Assembly: GCA_963815095.1 (NCBI GenBank)
Contig: CAWFFH010000003.1
Coordinates: 480,001-544,000 of the forward strand
DNA: 64,000 nt
Direction of reading: 5' to 3'
Source: Candidatus Bathyarchaeota archaeon
Lineage (GTDB): Archaea > Thermoproteota > Bathyarchaeia > Bathyarchaeales > Bathycorpusculaceae
Shown: in pieces, positions 41,221 through 50,558 of the stretch
Layout: every line of letters begins with the position of its first letter
How positions within the stretch are numbered: the stretch's first letter is position 1
The notes under the pieces: model-generated
What the model was told of the DNA's origin: nothing
What the model saw: the letters and a program-made list of their open reading frames with translations, nothing else
Databases searched by the model: none
Position numbers and translations under genes: made by a program

Positions 41221-42543
41221 GTGCTACAGTCAGGCCTTTTAAAGGATAATACTTCTGCCGTCAACGAAATAGGCGATTATGCGGTATCAAAAGGATTACA
41301 CTTTGCGGCTTACTTTGACGCTTCAGGTCACGTCCAAAATGCAATGTGGATAGGAACTGCCAAGCAACAATGGGGAGACATGTTCGTGGGCGTCTATTTG
41401 GGCGATGAACCTGGAGGCAAAATGCTTGATGGCTCCGCTACTTTCACTCTCCAAGGAATAACAGTGAATAAATCGAATGATGGCATCGTAAGTTACGATG
41501 ACGGCAATGGGTGTTTAACAGCATTTTTTCCAGACGGCAAAATTACAGTACAGAAAAGCAATGATGGCTTTTCGTCAGAGCTTGACCCTAACAATTCTTC
41601 TATAACGATATCTAACACGCTAAGTAACACCAACTTGACCACTTATGAGCCAAACGGCTCAATAACAGTAAGGGAAACAATCACAAGTACAACAAATAAA
41701 GTATACACAGGCGGTTTACCTTATGGCCACTATGATGCAGGGGACTCTTATCAAGTACTGAGAAATAATTTCTATACAATGGAAAATGGCTCAGACCGTA
41801 TTGCTCAAGAAGAAACTTATCAGCAAGTAAAGAGCACAAACCCAATACCTAACGGCGATACCGCAGCAAATCTCTTTATAGCCAAAACCAAAGGACCCAT
41901 AGATAACTTGAGAAATCAATATAAAATAAGCAAAGGGGATTTTCCAATTTTTACGTCTGATTATGGTCTTTACTGGTGGGATTACAAGAGCGGATACGAC
42001 GTGGTTCTTGCGCAGTTAGGTTGGAACAATTCGGTTGCCCAAGAAATCGCCTTAGTGCGCGGCGCTGCAAATCTGCAGGGCAAAAGCTGGGGAACTATCT
42101 TGACATGGAAATACACCCAAGCCCCATATCTTGCGGATGGAAACGAAATTTTTAACCAAATGAAAACCTCCTACGAAAACGGAGCCCAATACGTCATACT
42201 ATTCAACTATGCAGATGGCATGTCAGGACCATACGGAACCCTACAAGAGGAACATTTCCAGGCATTAGAACGCTTTTGGAATGAAGTAGTCCACAACCCC
42301 ACTGTAATCCATGGTGGCGTTAAAGCTCAAGCAGCGCTGGTTTTGCCAGAAAATTACGGATGGGGCATGCGAAACCCAAACGATACTATTTGGGGCATAT
42401 GGAATGCAAACGGTACTTCACAGCAAATCTGGAACCAGGTACAAAGCAAGCTTACCCAATATGGCTCAAAATTGGATATAGTCTATGATGACCCAGCATA
42501 TCCTATCACAGGAAAATATGGCGAAACATACTATTGGAAATAA
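41221..42543 (+). CDS. 5'-truncated paralog of 60427-62031 (possible glycoside-hydrolase-like barrel)
   Basis: DEPGG, FTSDYGLYW, RGAA, YGWGMR shared with 60427; lacks the N-terminal anchor. Confidence 0.65.
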   Translation: MLQSGLLKDNTSAVNEIGDYAVSKGLHFAAYFDASGHVQNAMWIGTAKQQWGDMFVGVYLGDEPGGKMLDGSATFTLQGITVNKSNDGIVSYDDGNGCLTAFFPDGKITVQKSNDGFSSELDPNNSSITISNTLSNTNLTTYEPNGSITVRETITSTTNKVYTGGLPYGHYDAGDSYQVLRNNFYTMENGSDRIAQEETYQQVKSTNPIPNGDTAANLFIAKTKGPIDNLRNQYKISKGDFPIFTSDYGLYWWDYKSGYDVVLAQLGWNNSVAQEIALVRGAANLQGKSWGTILTWKYTQAPYLADGNEIFNQMKTSYENGAQYVILFNYADGMSGPYGTLQEEHFQALERFWNEVVHNPTVIHGGVKAQAALVLPENYGWGMRNPNDTIWGIWNANGTSQQIWNQVQSKLTQYGSKLDIVYDDPAYPITGKYGETYYWK

Positions 42544-42938
42544 AGAATAAATCCAATAACCTCACCAAAGAACATTCTATTCAGAAATAACTCAAAATCC
42601 GTTCATCCATCGGTTTGTCCTATGTTTAGTAGAATAGTCGTCGCTAACATAACCTACGAATTGCCCACCTTTAGCGAACCATAAAGTCCTTGAAATCAAT
42701 ATGCTCTATGCCATTTATGCGTTTTAGCCTTGTTTGTTTTGTAGGTTTTTGCGGTATAACAAATTTACGTCACCTAGTTTTCTTTGATTAGTGTGGCAAA
42801 CTTTATCCTGATTTTGCGGTGTACAGGCTACCGCAAGAATGTGTCCTTTATCTATAGTTTGAATCAATAATGACTTAGCCCCTTAACCATGCCCTAGATT
42901 AAACAATATGCAAAGCAAAAAATGGCTAAACCTTAGCC

Positions 42939-43340
42939 TCAGAGGCTTTGCGTATTCGTCGTTGCTAGAGTTGATTTCGGTATTGGCATTGATTGAGAGT
43001 TCGGCGTTGACAATACGGGGATGAAAACGAGTGTACCAAGGCTTGAGTTGTTTTTGGAATCGTAGATAGACTGGCTTATTACTACTGTATCTGTTGTTCC
43101 CCACCAATTATTTGAGGCATTAATGTAGGTAGCTTTAGAAGAAGCTTCAAGTTTTATGCTCATGTTGATATTTCCGTAAATATTATTATCCATTAGAACA
43201 GATTGGTTTGAGAAGGCACTAACATCTAATCCTACCGAGTTCTCGGTTATAGTGTTCCCCCTAATTATTATTGGAAATGGACCCCAAGTCCCCAGGCAAT
43301 ACTTGTTAAGGCCCCAACACCCATTTATTTGCTCCCTCAA
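42939..43340 (-). pseudogene. parallel beta-helix (NosD-like) surface protein fragment
   Basis: GNTITENSVG, NNIYGN, ASNNWWGT; N-terminus missing. Confidence 0.55.
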
Positions 43341-43533
43341 TAGCTGGAATAGGATGGATAGGTTTAGCTATAACAATAATTACCTCAACTGTAATCAGCC
43401 TGTTTCTAATTGACTTTCTTATTAAATTCGCTGGAAAACAAAAAATTAAGTACCTGACTGCCACGCTTGGAATAATCGCAATAGCCAGCGGACTGCTATA
43501 CTTAGTTCTCGGACCTTGAGAAAGAAAGCATAA

Positions 43534-43673
43534 AAGGTTGATGGCACGCCTTTTGGCCGCGCCATGATTAAGGGTTGAACGCTTATTTTTTTCGAGAAGG
43601 GGTTTAAAGCGTTTGGGCAGACCCTTAACCGTTTGAATATTAGTAGAGATAGGATAAATAATTTTTCCCAAAT
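43534..43673 (-). ncRNA. structured non-coding element, copy 2
   Basis: Homologous to 31216-31353 with stems preserved. Confidence 0.55.
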
Positions 43674-43773
43674 CAGGTGGCTTATTAGAGATTTGCTTGC
43701 GTTTGTCATAATGGTTGCTACGCACAAGTTGTTAATACCTAAACTCTATCTTAACAGTTGCTTGGGTTAAGTT

Positions 43774-44067
43774 ATGAGGCGCTCCAAACTAGAAATGTAC
43801 GTTGACATTCTCAAGGTGATAGCACAAAAAGGACCGCTAAAGTTGACGCATGTTATGTATAAGTCAAATGTTAACTGCAGCGTTTTAAAGGAATATTTGG
43901 ATTTTCTAATCAAACAAGGACTAATTGAGGAAAGAACCGTTGGAAAAAGCAGAGTGGTTTATGCAAATACTGCTCGCGGAACAGCAGTTCTTAAAGGCTT
44001 CAGAGAACTGAACAAAGCGCTCCCCATAAAAGAAGAAGACCACAAAATCCCGCCAGAGCTATACTAA
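43774..44067 (+). CDS. archaeal winged-helix transcription regulator
   Basis: MRRSKLEMYVDIL...THVMYKSNVN...TARG. Confidence 0.85.
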   Translation: MRRSKLEMYVDILKVIAQKGPLKLTHVMYKSNVNCSVLKEYLDFLIKQGLIEERTVGKSRVVYANTARGTAVLKGFRELNKALPIKEEDHKIPPELY

Positions 44068-44542
44068 AGAAATCAGGTCAATTTTCACCTATGCTCTCAC
44101 TATGCAACTAAAAGACTATCCAGACAGTGCCACGCAAACTAAAGGCCACTTTCGATTGCCTTATCTTATCAAGTCCTGACGCCTCAAAGAAAGGGCAATC
44201 TTAGCATATTCCTCTAGAAAATTACCGGAATTGATGGATCAAAGAGAAGAGAAACAATTGTTAGTAAAATGTCAGACATCTGGCCCCTTTCCCGAACTTA
44301 CACATCGACGCTTAGCAAAAGTTTACCCAATCCTGAGAGGTGATCATATCGAATCATGACGGCATGTGCTGGGAATTTTTATGATCACCTACTGAAGAAT
44401 CAGATAGCATGTTCGGACCACTAATGGTCTGAGATCTTATCTCTGATATAACGAAATAAGACTATTTTCTTAAATTTTCATCACAGTTTGAAGCTGCCAA
44501 TTTGTCCCTTGCACTCTTTTCATAGTCGAGCTTTTCGATAAG

Positions 44543-44866
44543 CTATCTTTTGCGGGGATAGTCTGGTTTCGAATGACCCAATTTCTTCACCCATATTACT
44601 TCATTCTCAATTATCCAATAGTGTGATTGACACGGAAAACTCCAATTTCCAATAGATGGATCTAAAGTCACCGTTTCTCCATTCCATGTCAAACTCCAGT
44701 CTTTTGGTTTAATTGGTGTCACTACGATTTCGCCACAACCGCAAGGGCACCTATGGGTTGCCGTTGCGTAAAGTACGGAGATGTAGAGAATACCCTCCTC
44801 AACCTTTTCAGGAATATAGCGCACAAACTTAGGCGTGATCCGTTTTCGTTTCAATTGGCAAGTCAT
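44543..44866 (-). CDS. DUF6527-like Zn-binding protein of a Ubl-conjugation operon
   Basis: HRCPCGCG, LDPSIGNW, CQSHYWI; overlaps the stop of the E1 gene. Confidence 0.8.
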   Translation of the reverse strand: MTCQLKRKRITPKFVRYIPEKVEEGILYISVLYATATHRCPCGCGEIVVTPIKPKDWSLTWNGETVTLDPSIGNWSFPCQSHYWIIENEVIWVKKLGHSKPDYPRKR

Positions 44867-46022
44867 CGTTAATCAGCTCATTTGTGGGAATACTATAGAC
44901 CGTATGGTGCTCGTGTTCCAAATCTGCGTAAAATCCGCAGAGCTTCTTCCACTTAATGACGGCAAGAGCCGCATTTAACGCATTCATCTCCACAATCTGA
45001 ATATTACGAGAATAAACCTCGTCTTCTCCGTTAATGAAGTTGATTCTTCTCGCAACGTGTTCATGAAAGGATGGTGTGCAAGCAGTCACTCGAACTGCGC
45101 CACCTATCGCTTCATTCTGAACTAGACCCATTCCGACATCAATAAATGAAATATTTTTTTCTACAAGGTACTCGACAATAATCTTCTTTGCTTCTGGATT
45201 ATCAAGGCAAAGAAATACGAAGTCCATAGTCTCTAATTCTGAGACGTTCGTATCGTCAATGAATTGGAAATGAGGAATTATTTTCTTCCGCATTCGTGAG
45301 TAATTTTCAGCAAACCACTCCACCTTAGTTAGCTGCTTTCCTAAGTCTTCGCATGACGGTGCCCCTGGACTGCGGAAGGCATTGTGCTGAAGGAACCTGT
45401 CACCATCGAATAGATGAATCTCATTGACCAATGTCTTTGCGACAAAATCAAGGATGTACGCGCCAGTTCCCCCCAGCCCAACAATCGCGATACGTGCTCT
45501 GAGTTTCTCGTTTATCGCTGTAGTGCCTGCATGGCTGGAAGCGTTATCCACGTAGCAAAAGACGGAATCCCCATCGATTGTCCGAATAACCGGGTGGGTT
45601 TGGGCGGTAGCGGTAGGGTCAATAACATGTGCTTCCGCCTCAAGAATCTTGATGTACCTGCTCATCTTTTCGTGATAATTGGCATAGCCTCCATCGGGTT
45701 TATGAGAGAACTGACAGGTAGTTTCAAGTCCTTCGCTGATTTTCAGCCGAAAATTCGGATCATTGACAAGTTTTACCATCTGTGAACCTTTGGAGTCACA
45801 TGGGTATTCTCCGACCCAATAGACGACATGATTGGATGGTTTGATAGTCTTGTCGCCAGCCAAATCTAGCGGGGATACCAACGTTCCATATGCAACTTGT
45901 TTCTTCGAGTTAACATATGGTACGTGTGCGACTAGAAGATGCCCGCTTAATACACTTACTTCGTAGCCTTCGTCTTGAAGTAGCTTTAGGTCATCATTAC
46001 GACTTATCAGTTGGAGTGACAT
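44829..46022 (-). CDS. E2-like (DUF6791-like) domain fused to a ThiF/E1 adenylyltransferase
   Basis: N-terminal VPYVN, HVVYW.GEYPC, FSHKP; C-terminal GLGGTG, FDGD, HNAFR, CLD, YSRNIQ. Confidence 0.88.
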   Translation of the reverse strand: MSLQLISRNDDLKLLQDEGYEVSVLSGHLLVAHVPYVNSKKQVAYGTLVSPLDLAGDKTIKPSNHVVYWVGEYPCDSKGSQMVKLVNDPNFRLKISEGLETTCQFSHKPDGGYANYHEKMSRYIKILEAEAHVIDPTATAQTHPVIRTIDGDSVFCYVDNASSHAGTTAINEKLRARIAIVGLGGTGAYILDFVAKTLVNEIHLFDGDRFLQHNAFRSPGAPSCEDLGKQLTKVEWFAENYSRMRKKIIPHFQFIDDTNVSELETMDFVFLCLDNPEAKKIIVEYLVEKNISFIDVGMGLVQNEAIGGAVRVTACTPSFHEHVARRINFINGEDEVYSRNIQIVEMNALNAALAVIKWKKLCGFYADLEHEHHTVYSIPTNELINDDLPIETKTDHA

Positions 46023-46245
46023 CGAATGCCATACCGCTCTTGACCTTTACGGTTTGTCCCTCTGCCAGAGTTCCCTTAGGGTTCTCCTTGGGACCCTTGG
46101 TATAGTCAACTGTGAATATCTCGTTTGGTTTTGGTGGGCGAGGGAATCCCAAATTGACAACCTGCACATAATTGATCGTTTCCTCGTCCCAAGGCTTTCG
46201 ACTACCATTAACAAAAATTTCGAATTTTTTATGTTCTTCAGGCAT
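45997..46245 (-). CDS. ubiquitin-like (multi-ubiquitin family beta-grasp) protein
   Basis: IFVNG, INYVQVV, VDY, G.L..G..VKVKSGMAFDV, C-terminus TDKS; ATG at 46245 after GGAG (the ORF track starts it at 46281). Confidence 0.85.
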   Translation of the reverse strand: MPEEHKKFEIFVNGSRKPWDEETINYVQVVNLGFPRPPKPNEIFTVDYTKGPKENPKGTLAEGQTVKVKSGMAFDVTPTDKS

Positions 46246-46672
46246 TGTACATTCTCCACTTGTTATAGGTTGTTGACTCATTGGTTAATGACAGAAATAA
46301 AGTTTATTGACTTATTCCCGTTACTTTTTAGGTATCACATTTTATTTGATTATCTTTTTTTTTATAATAAGCCTCTGGCAGCATCTCCAAGGGGTCTGAA
46401 TCTATCTGAAAGTGACAACATTACTTAGGGTCGATTGCCGTCTTTTTCCTTTTAAAGCATTAAGCAGGTTTTGGCGAAGAAATTTTTGATGACATTATAA
46501 TCGCATACATTTTTTACCTCAAATATCGAACAATCATAAGCCTAATCAGGTGCGCGATACCAAACGAAGTTTAATTCGATTTGTGGAGCGTTGATTTCGA
46601 TATTTGGCCGAGTAATAGCACAGTTTGTTTCAGTTTTTGGGCCTTCAACCAAAAAAGTCTTGAGAGCTTTTT

Positions 46673-46894
46673 CTAAATTTTTTTTACGCATTCTTTGCAG
46701 TATAACGACAACGCAAATACGTCTTCATTCATCCAGTTCTTAATAATTTTTCCATTGCCACCTACTAAATATGCTTCCTCAAACGAAAATTTCTTGCGAC
46801 AGTTTGCGCATGAAAAAACTAAACGCTGTTTCGAGTCACATTTTAAAGAACGCTGATATTTGATCTTCTTAGGGGTAATAACGATTTTCACCAA
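46673..46894 (-). CDS. small Zn-ribbon protein
   Basis: CANC...CKEC. Confidence 0.5.
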   Translation of the reverse strand: MVKIVITPKKIKYQRSLKCDSKQRLVFSCANCRKKFSFEEAYLVGGNGKIIKNWMNEDVFALSLYCKECVKKI

Positions 46895-47086
46895 AATAAA
46901 TCAACTCGAATGAGTTTGGCGCCATAACTCCTGAGCATTTCTGATTCTTGATTGATTCGGAAAGATATTTCGCTTTCCTTAAAAACCGAATGCCTCATGC
47001 AAACACATCTCATAGACCCTGCCTTAAAATAATCCTTTTGCGAAATCTTCCGCGTCGGAAACGAATATCATTCCCTAATTTCATTA

Positions 47087-47344
47087 TCAGTTACCTGTCC
47101 CGTTAGGAACAAATTCTAAAAAGCTTATAATTAAGTCAAATTGTCCAGCCCTTGCTCGAGTACGTGCTAAGGAAGTTATGGATCCTCCAGCTTTTCTTTC
47201 TACGTATAAGTCTGAACAAGTCCATCCTTCGCTCTGAATAAACCGTATGCACACTTGAAGTTGACTTGAAATAATTGATTTTTGATTGTTTGTCGAGAAA
47301 GCGCAAATGTAAATTGCTGCTCTATTCTGAATGGCAATAGCCAT
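47087..47344 (-). CDS. degenerate serine-resolvase-like catalytic domain
   Basis: RAAIY...Q...SQLQVC..F...GW...YVE...RAGQFDLII; no YxRxS motif. Confidence 0.55.
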   Translation of the reverse strand: MAIAIQNRAAIYICAFSTNNQKSIISSQLQVCIRFIQSEGWTCSDLYVERKAGGSITSLARTRARAGQFDLIISFLEFVPNGTGN

Positions 47345-47379
47345 ACCACTTTCACATTTGCTAGGGTTCCGAGAGTCAT

Positions 47380-47592
47380 CTACTTTTCGGCAACATACAT
47401 TTTTGCTCTTCCCACTATCCTCGAAATCTTCACTTTTCCACACTTTTCTAATCCAAATACATATTTTGAGATAGTGTTCCGATGCACGCCGGTTTTTGCG
47501 GCTATTTCTTCTATTGAGAAGTCTTTTGGATACTCTTTCCGAAGGAATTCCAAGACTATTTTTTCGATATCTTGGTTCATTTTGTTGTGCAC
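47380..47592 (-). CDS. small winged-helix DNA-binding protein
   Basis: SIEEIAAKTGVHRNTISKY...GRAKMY. Confidence 0.8.
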   Translation of the reverse strand: MHNKMNQDIEKIVLEFLRKEYPKDFSIEEIAAKTGVHRNTISKYVFGLEKCGKVKISRIVGRAKMYVAEK

Positions 47593-47679
47593 TGGTGAAC
47601 ATCGTTATCAAACAACGCTTATATAGTTGGTTGTTTATTAATGTTGTGCATTAACGCACAGCGTTAAAGGTGACGAAAA

Positions 47680-48084
47680 ATGGAGAAAAAACATATTGAG
47701 AACATGGCAAACAAGAAGACCGCCCAGATAATGAAAAAAGAAAATTATCAGCAAACAACTATGATATTAAATAAAAATGCTCAATTGGCAGCTATTTACG
47801 TTTCCGACGAAGCAAAAAAAGAAGTTAACATTTCGAAACAAGTAGAGGCATGTCAGAAGTTTCTTAGCGAAAAAGGGTTCAAATTTTCAGGGGATCTTTT
47901 TCTAAAAAAAGAAGGGACTGACCATATTGATGAACTTGTAAGGGCTCGAGCACGGTCGCGAAGATTTGATTACATGGTAAGTTACCTTTTATGCCCAGGC
48001 AAATCACCGGGATTTTTTATTGGAATGATCGTTTGTTGGAATGCCCAAAACTTCCTAATAAAGCCTATTCAAGCGTTAAGGTGA
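47680..48084 (+). CDS. second degenerate serine-resolvase-like domain
   Basis: AAIYVS...SKQVEACQKF...GF...RARSRRFDYMV. Confidence 0.5.
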   Translation: MEKKHIENMANKKTAQIMKKENYQQTTMILNKNAQLAAIYVSDEAKKEVNISKQVEACQKFLSEKGFKFSGDLFLKKEGTDHIDELVRARARSRRFDYMVSYLLCPGKSPGFFIGMIVCWNAQNFLIKPIQALR

Positions 48085-48167
48085 CGAAAAAATGGTTTGG
48101 AAAGAAACTAGTTTTTCTCTATTTAAAAGAAAACTGCAAAAATAAGTCATCAAAGGAGTAACTTATT

Positions 48168-49313
48168 ATGAATACAGTTTTAGCAAAATGTCCAATTTGT
48201 GGAAGCGAAACCTCCAACTTCAAGATAAACGAGGACAACTTGAGATTTCTCGAGCAACGTTTCCATGATAATAATCTCGACCAAGCAATTGTTCTTGCCA
48301 GCATCGCCTGGAACAACTTTCCGGGGTTGAGGCTTAACGCGGACAGCAGAACATTGATTAATGGTCTATTGAAAAGCGTTCAAGAACAAGTAGCCAACGC
48401 TCTAACGCCCCTAAACATGGTCACTAAGATGGTTTATCCGCTAAGCGAGAAATTAGAGGCGCTAATTGAAACCCTTCCTGAGGGGGTCAAAAAAGAGTTT
48501 TGCGAATTAAAAGTGCAACTAACCGAAAAATTAGAGTTAATACATGAAGCAGCCACCAGCGCTACTGAACCTGTCCAAAGAGATCTAAAAGAGCTAAACG
48601 ACACCATCAATCAACTGATCAACAAACCAGTTAGCAAGGGTCTTGTAAACGAAGAGACACTGAAGCTTAGTTGGCAAGAGGTTTTTGTTAAAGACCAGAC
48701 ATTTAAAAAAGGAGGACCCGGGCAGCCAGATCTTGTGATTATCCCCAGCATTCAACTCAATGGCAAATGTTTCGGTCAGAAAATTATAGTGGAACGAAAA
48801 GCGGGTAGACAAAAATATTGTGGGACACATTTGGCGGAAACCATTCAACACACGAAGGCTGAGGGTTCGACCTACGGAATACTAGTATACGACGCGCCTT
48901 CCAACCTTCTCGAGGTTCAGAAACCGTTTTACGTGTCTATGTCTCAAGGAGTTACCATCGCCATAACTGATATTGAATCTGGCGGTTGGAAAACCGCGCG
49001 ACAAATTTTTGAGGTGTTCCAATCGGTTTTGCCCAATGATGCTGCAGATAACGCAAGCAAAATAGACATTGGAAAGCTGCAAAGGGCCATAGACGAAATC
49101 GCTACCGTCAACCAACAAATTGAAACACTCCGAAAATGTAACAATTCTGCGCTTTCTAACTGCGAAAAGTCTAGGACCCTGATAAACAGATTGGAAGAAC
49201 TAATAGCGGCCTATCAGGAAAAACTTAGAGAACTGCTTTGCCCAAGCACTCCTCCTCCTCAGATCTGGTCATCAGAAAAACTAATTCAGGAAAATAAAAA
49301 CTCGCTAGTATAA
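48168..49313 (+). CDS. coiled-coil protein with PD-(D/E)xK nuclease domain (DUF2130/RmuC-like)
   Basis: CPIC, coiled coils, KG..E, PD, VERK. Confidence 0.6.
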   Translation: MNTVLAKCPICGSETSNFKINEDNLRFLEQRFHDNNLDQAIVLASIAWNNFPGLRLNADSRTLINGLLKSVQEQVANALTPLNMVTKMVYPLSEKLEALIETLPEGVKKEFCELKVQLTEKLELIHEAATSATEPVQRDLKELNDTINQLINKPVSKGLVNEETLKLSWQEVFVKDQTFKKGGPGQPDLVIIPSIQLNGKCFGQKIIVERKAGRQKYCGTHLAETIQHTKAEGSTYGILVYDAPSNLLEVQKPFYVSMSQGVTIAITDIESGGWKTARQIFEVFQSVLPNDAADNASKIDIGKLQRAIDEIATVNQQIETLRKCNNSALSNCEKSRTLINRLEELIAAYQEKLRELLCPSTPPPQIWSSEKLIQENKNSLV

Positions 49314-49370
49314 GATTAAGTATACAGTTCTTTCTTGCCCCTTTTTGAAAAAACTTTTTGAGGAATTTTT

Positions 49371-50558
49371 GTGGACAAAGCTTTCAAAGCAACAAAGAAC
49401 AGCCCCATCAGAAAGATAGGCGAAGATCCAAAACCAACTTCGCTAGGGTGCTCTGTAAGTGAAGCTTACCCACAAAGAAGGGGAAAGAGAGAGTTCAGCG
49501 AACGAGAAATGCGGGGGCTCGCGATTTTAGCAAAGGGCAGCATGATTAAGAGAAATGATGAAAACACGTACTTAGTACGATCATCAAACATGGAAAGATG
49601 GTACAAAGTATATTGGAATGGGAAACGGTGGGTCTGCGAATGTAAAGACCACGAAAAAAGACTTCAATCGTGTAAGCATGTATATGCTGTGCTTTTTCTA
49701 AACAGATTGCCCTACATTCTAATGGCGAATTTTCAATCCGGAGAGATCAGATGTCCAAAATGCAATTCAAACCGAATAATAAGAAAAGGACTAAGCCATC
49801 ACAAAGAATTTGCAGATCAGAGATATATGTGCAAGGAATGCAAGCATAAATTCGGTGATAAGGGTGAGAGTAAAGGTCTGAAAGGAAATCCTCTAGCAGT
49901 AATCGCGGTGGCAGACCTTTATTTCAAAGGATTAAGCCTCCGTGCGATAGAACACCACATGAACAGTATCTACTCATTACATGTTTCGTATCCAACGATA
50001 TTCCGATGGATAAGGCGCATCATAAAGAACATGAAAGCACTGGAGAAAGAACACAGTTTGCATGTTGGGAAAACGTGGCATGTGGACGAAACCCTGATAA
50101 AAATAAGAGGCAAGCTCGCTTATCTGTGGAATGCTTTGGATGCGGAAACAAAGATATTGCTGGCAAGCGAGGTAACTTTTGGAAGAACAAGCGAAGACGC
50201 TGAAATGGTAATACGCGAGGCATTAAGAAAAGCTCAGTCGGGACTTGGAGAAATTGAAATTGTGACAGACGGCTTGAAAAGTTACAATATCGCCTTATCA
50301 AAGGATTATGATTGCAAAATAAAGCATCTATCGAAGCCTAAATTTACCGACCCAACTAACAACAACTTAGTTGAACGAGTAAACGGAACTCTTAAAACGA
50401 GAATAAAAAACTTCCGAAGACTAGACAATCTGTCTTCTTCAGCCCAACTTCTCGATGGACTTCGATTATACTATAACTCCAAGCGTCCTCACTCAGCTCT
50501 CGGAGGGAAAACACCAATCGAAGCCAGCTCAGAGTTAAACAAAAGAGTCCAAAGTTGA
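49371..50558 (+). CDS. IS6-like DDE transposase with N-terminal SWIM and Zn-ribbon domains
   Basis: CECKD..CKH, CPKC/CKEC, WHVDET, TDG..SY, NN.VER.NG, YN..RPH.AL..KTP. Confidence 0.85.
   Translation: MDKAFKATKNSPIRKIGEDPKPTSLGCSVSEAYPQRRGKREFSEREMRGLAILAKGSMIKRNDENTYLVRSSNMERWYKVYWNGKRWVCECKDHEKRLQSCKHVYAVLFLNRLPYILMANFQSGEIRCPKCNSNRIIRKGLSHHKEFADQRYMCKECKHKFGDKGESKGLKGNPLAVIAVADLYFKGLSLRAIEHHMNSIYSLHVSYPTIFRWIRRIIKNMKALEKEHSLHVGKTWHVDETLIKIRGKLAYLWNALDAETKILLASEVTFGRTSEDAEMVIREALRKAQSGLGEIEIVTDGLKSYNIALSKDYDCKIKHLSKPKFTDPTNNNLVERVNGTLKTRIKNFRRLDNLSSSAQLLDGLRLYYNSKRPHSALGGKTPIEASSELNKRVQS

Noticed and set aside
43306-43727. ORFs overlapping the second structured element
   Set aside because: They lack protein-like features, and the frames are not preserved in the first copy of the element.
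44829-46022. ThiF gene as a thiamine/molybdopterin biosynthesis enzyme, SAMP activator or CBASS Cap2
   Set aside because: It has no CxxC zinc motifs, the partner Ubl lacks Gly-Gly, and no cyclase or JAB gene is nearby.
47345-47611. N-terminal extension of the 174-aa ORF 47087-47611
   Set aside because: It overlaps the clear wHTH gene 47380-47592 in another frame; the true start is more likely the ATG at 47344.
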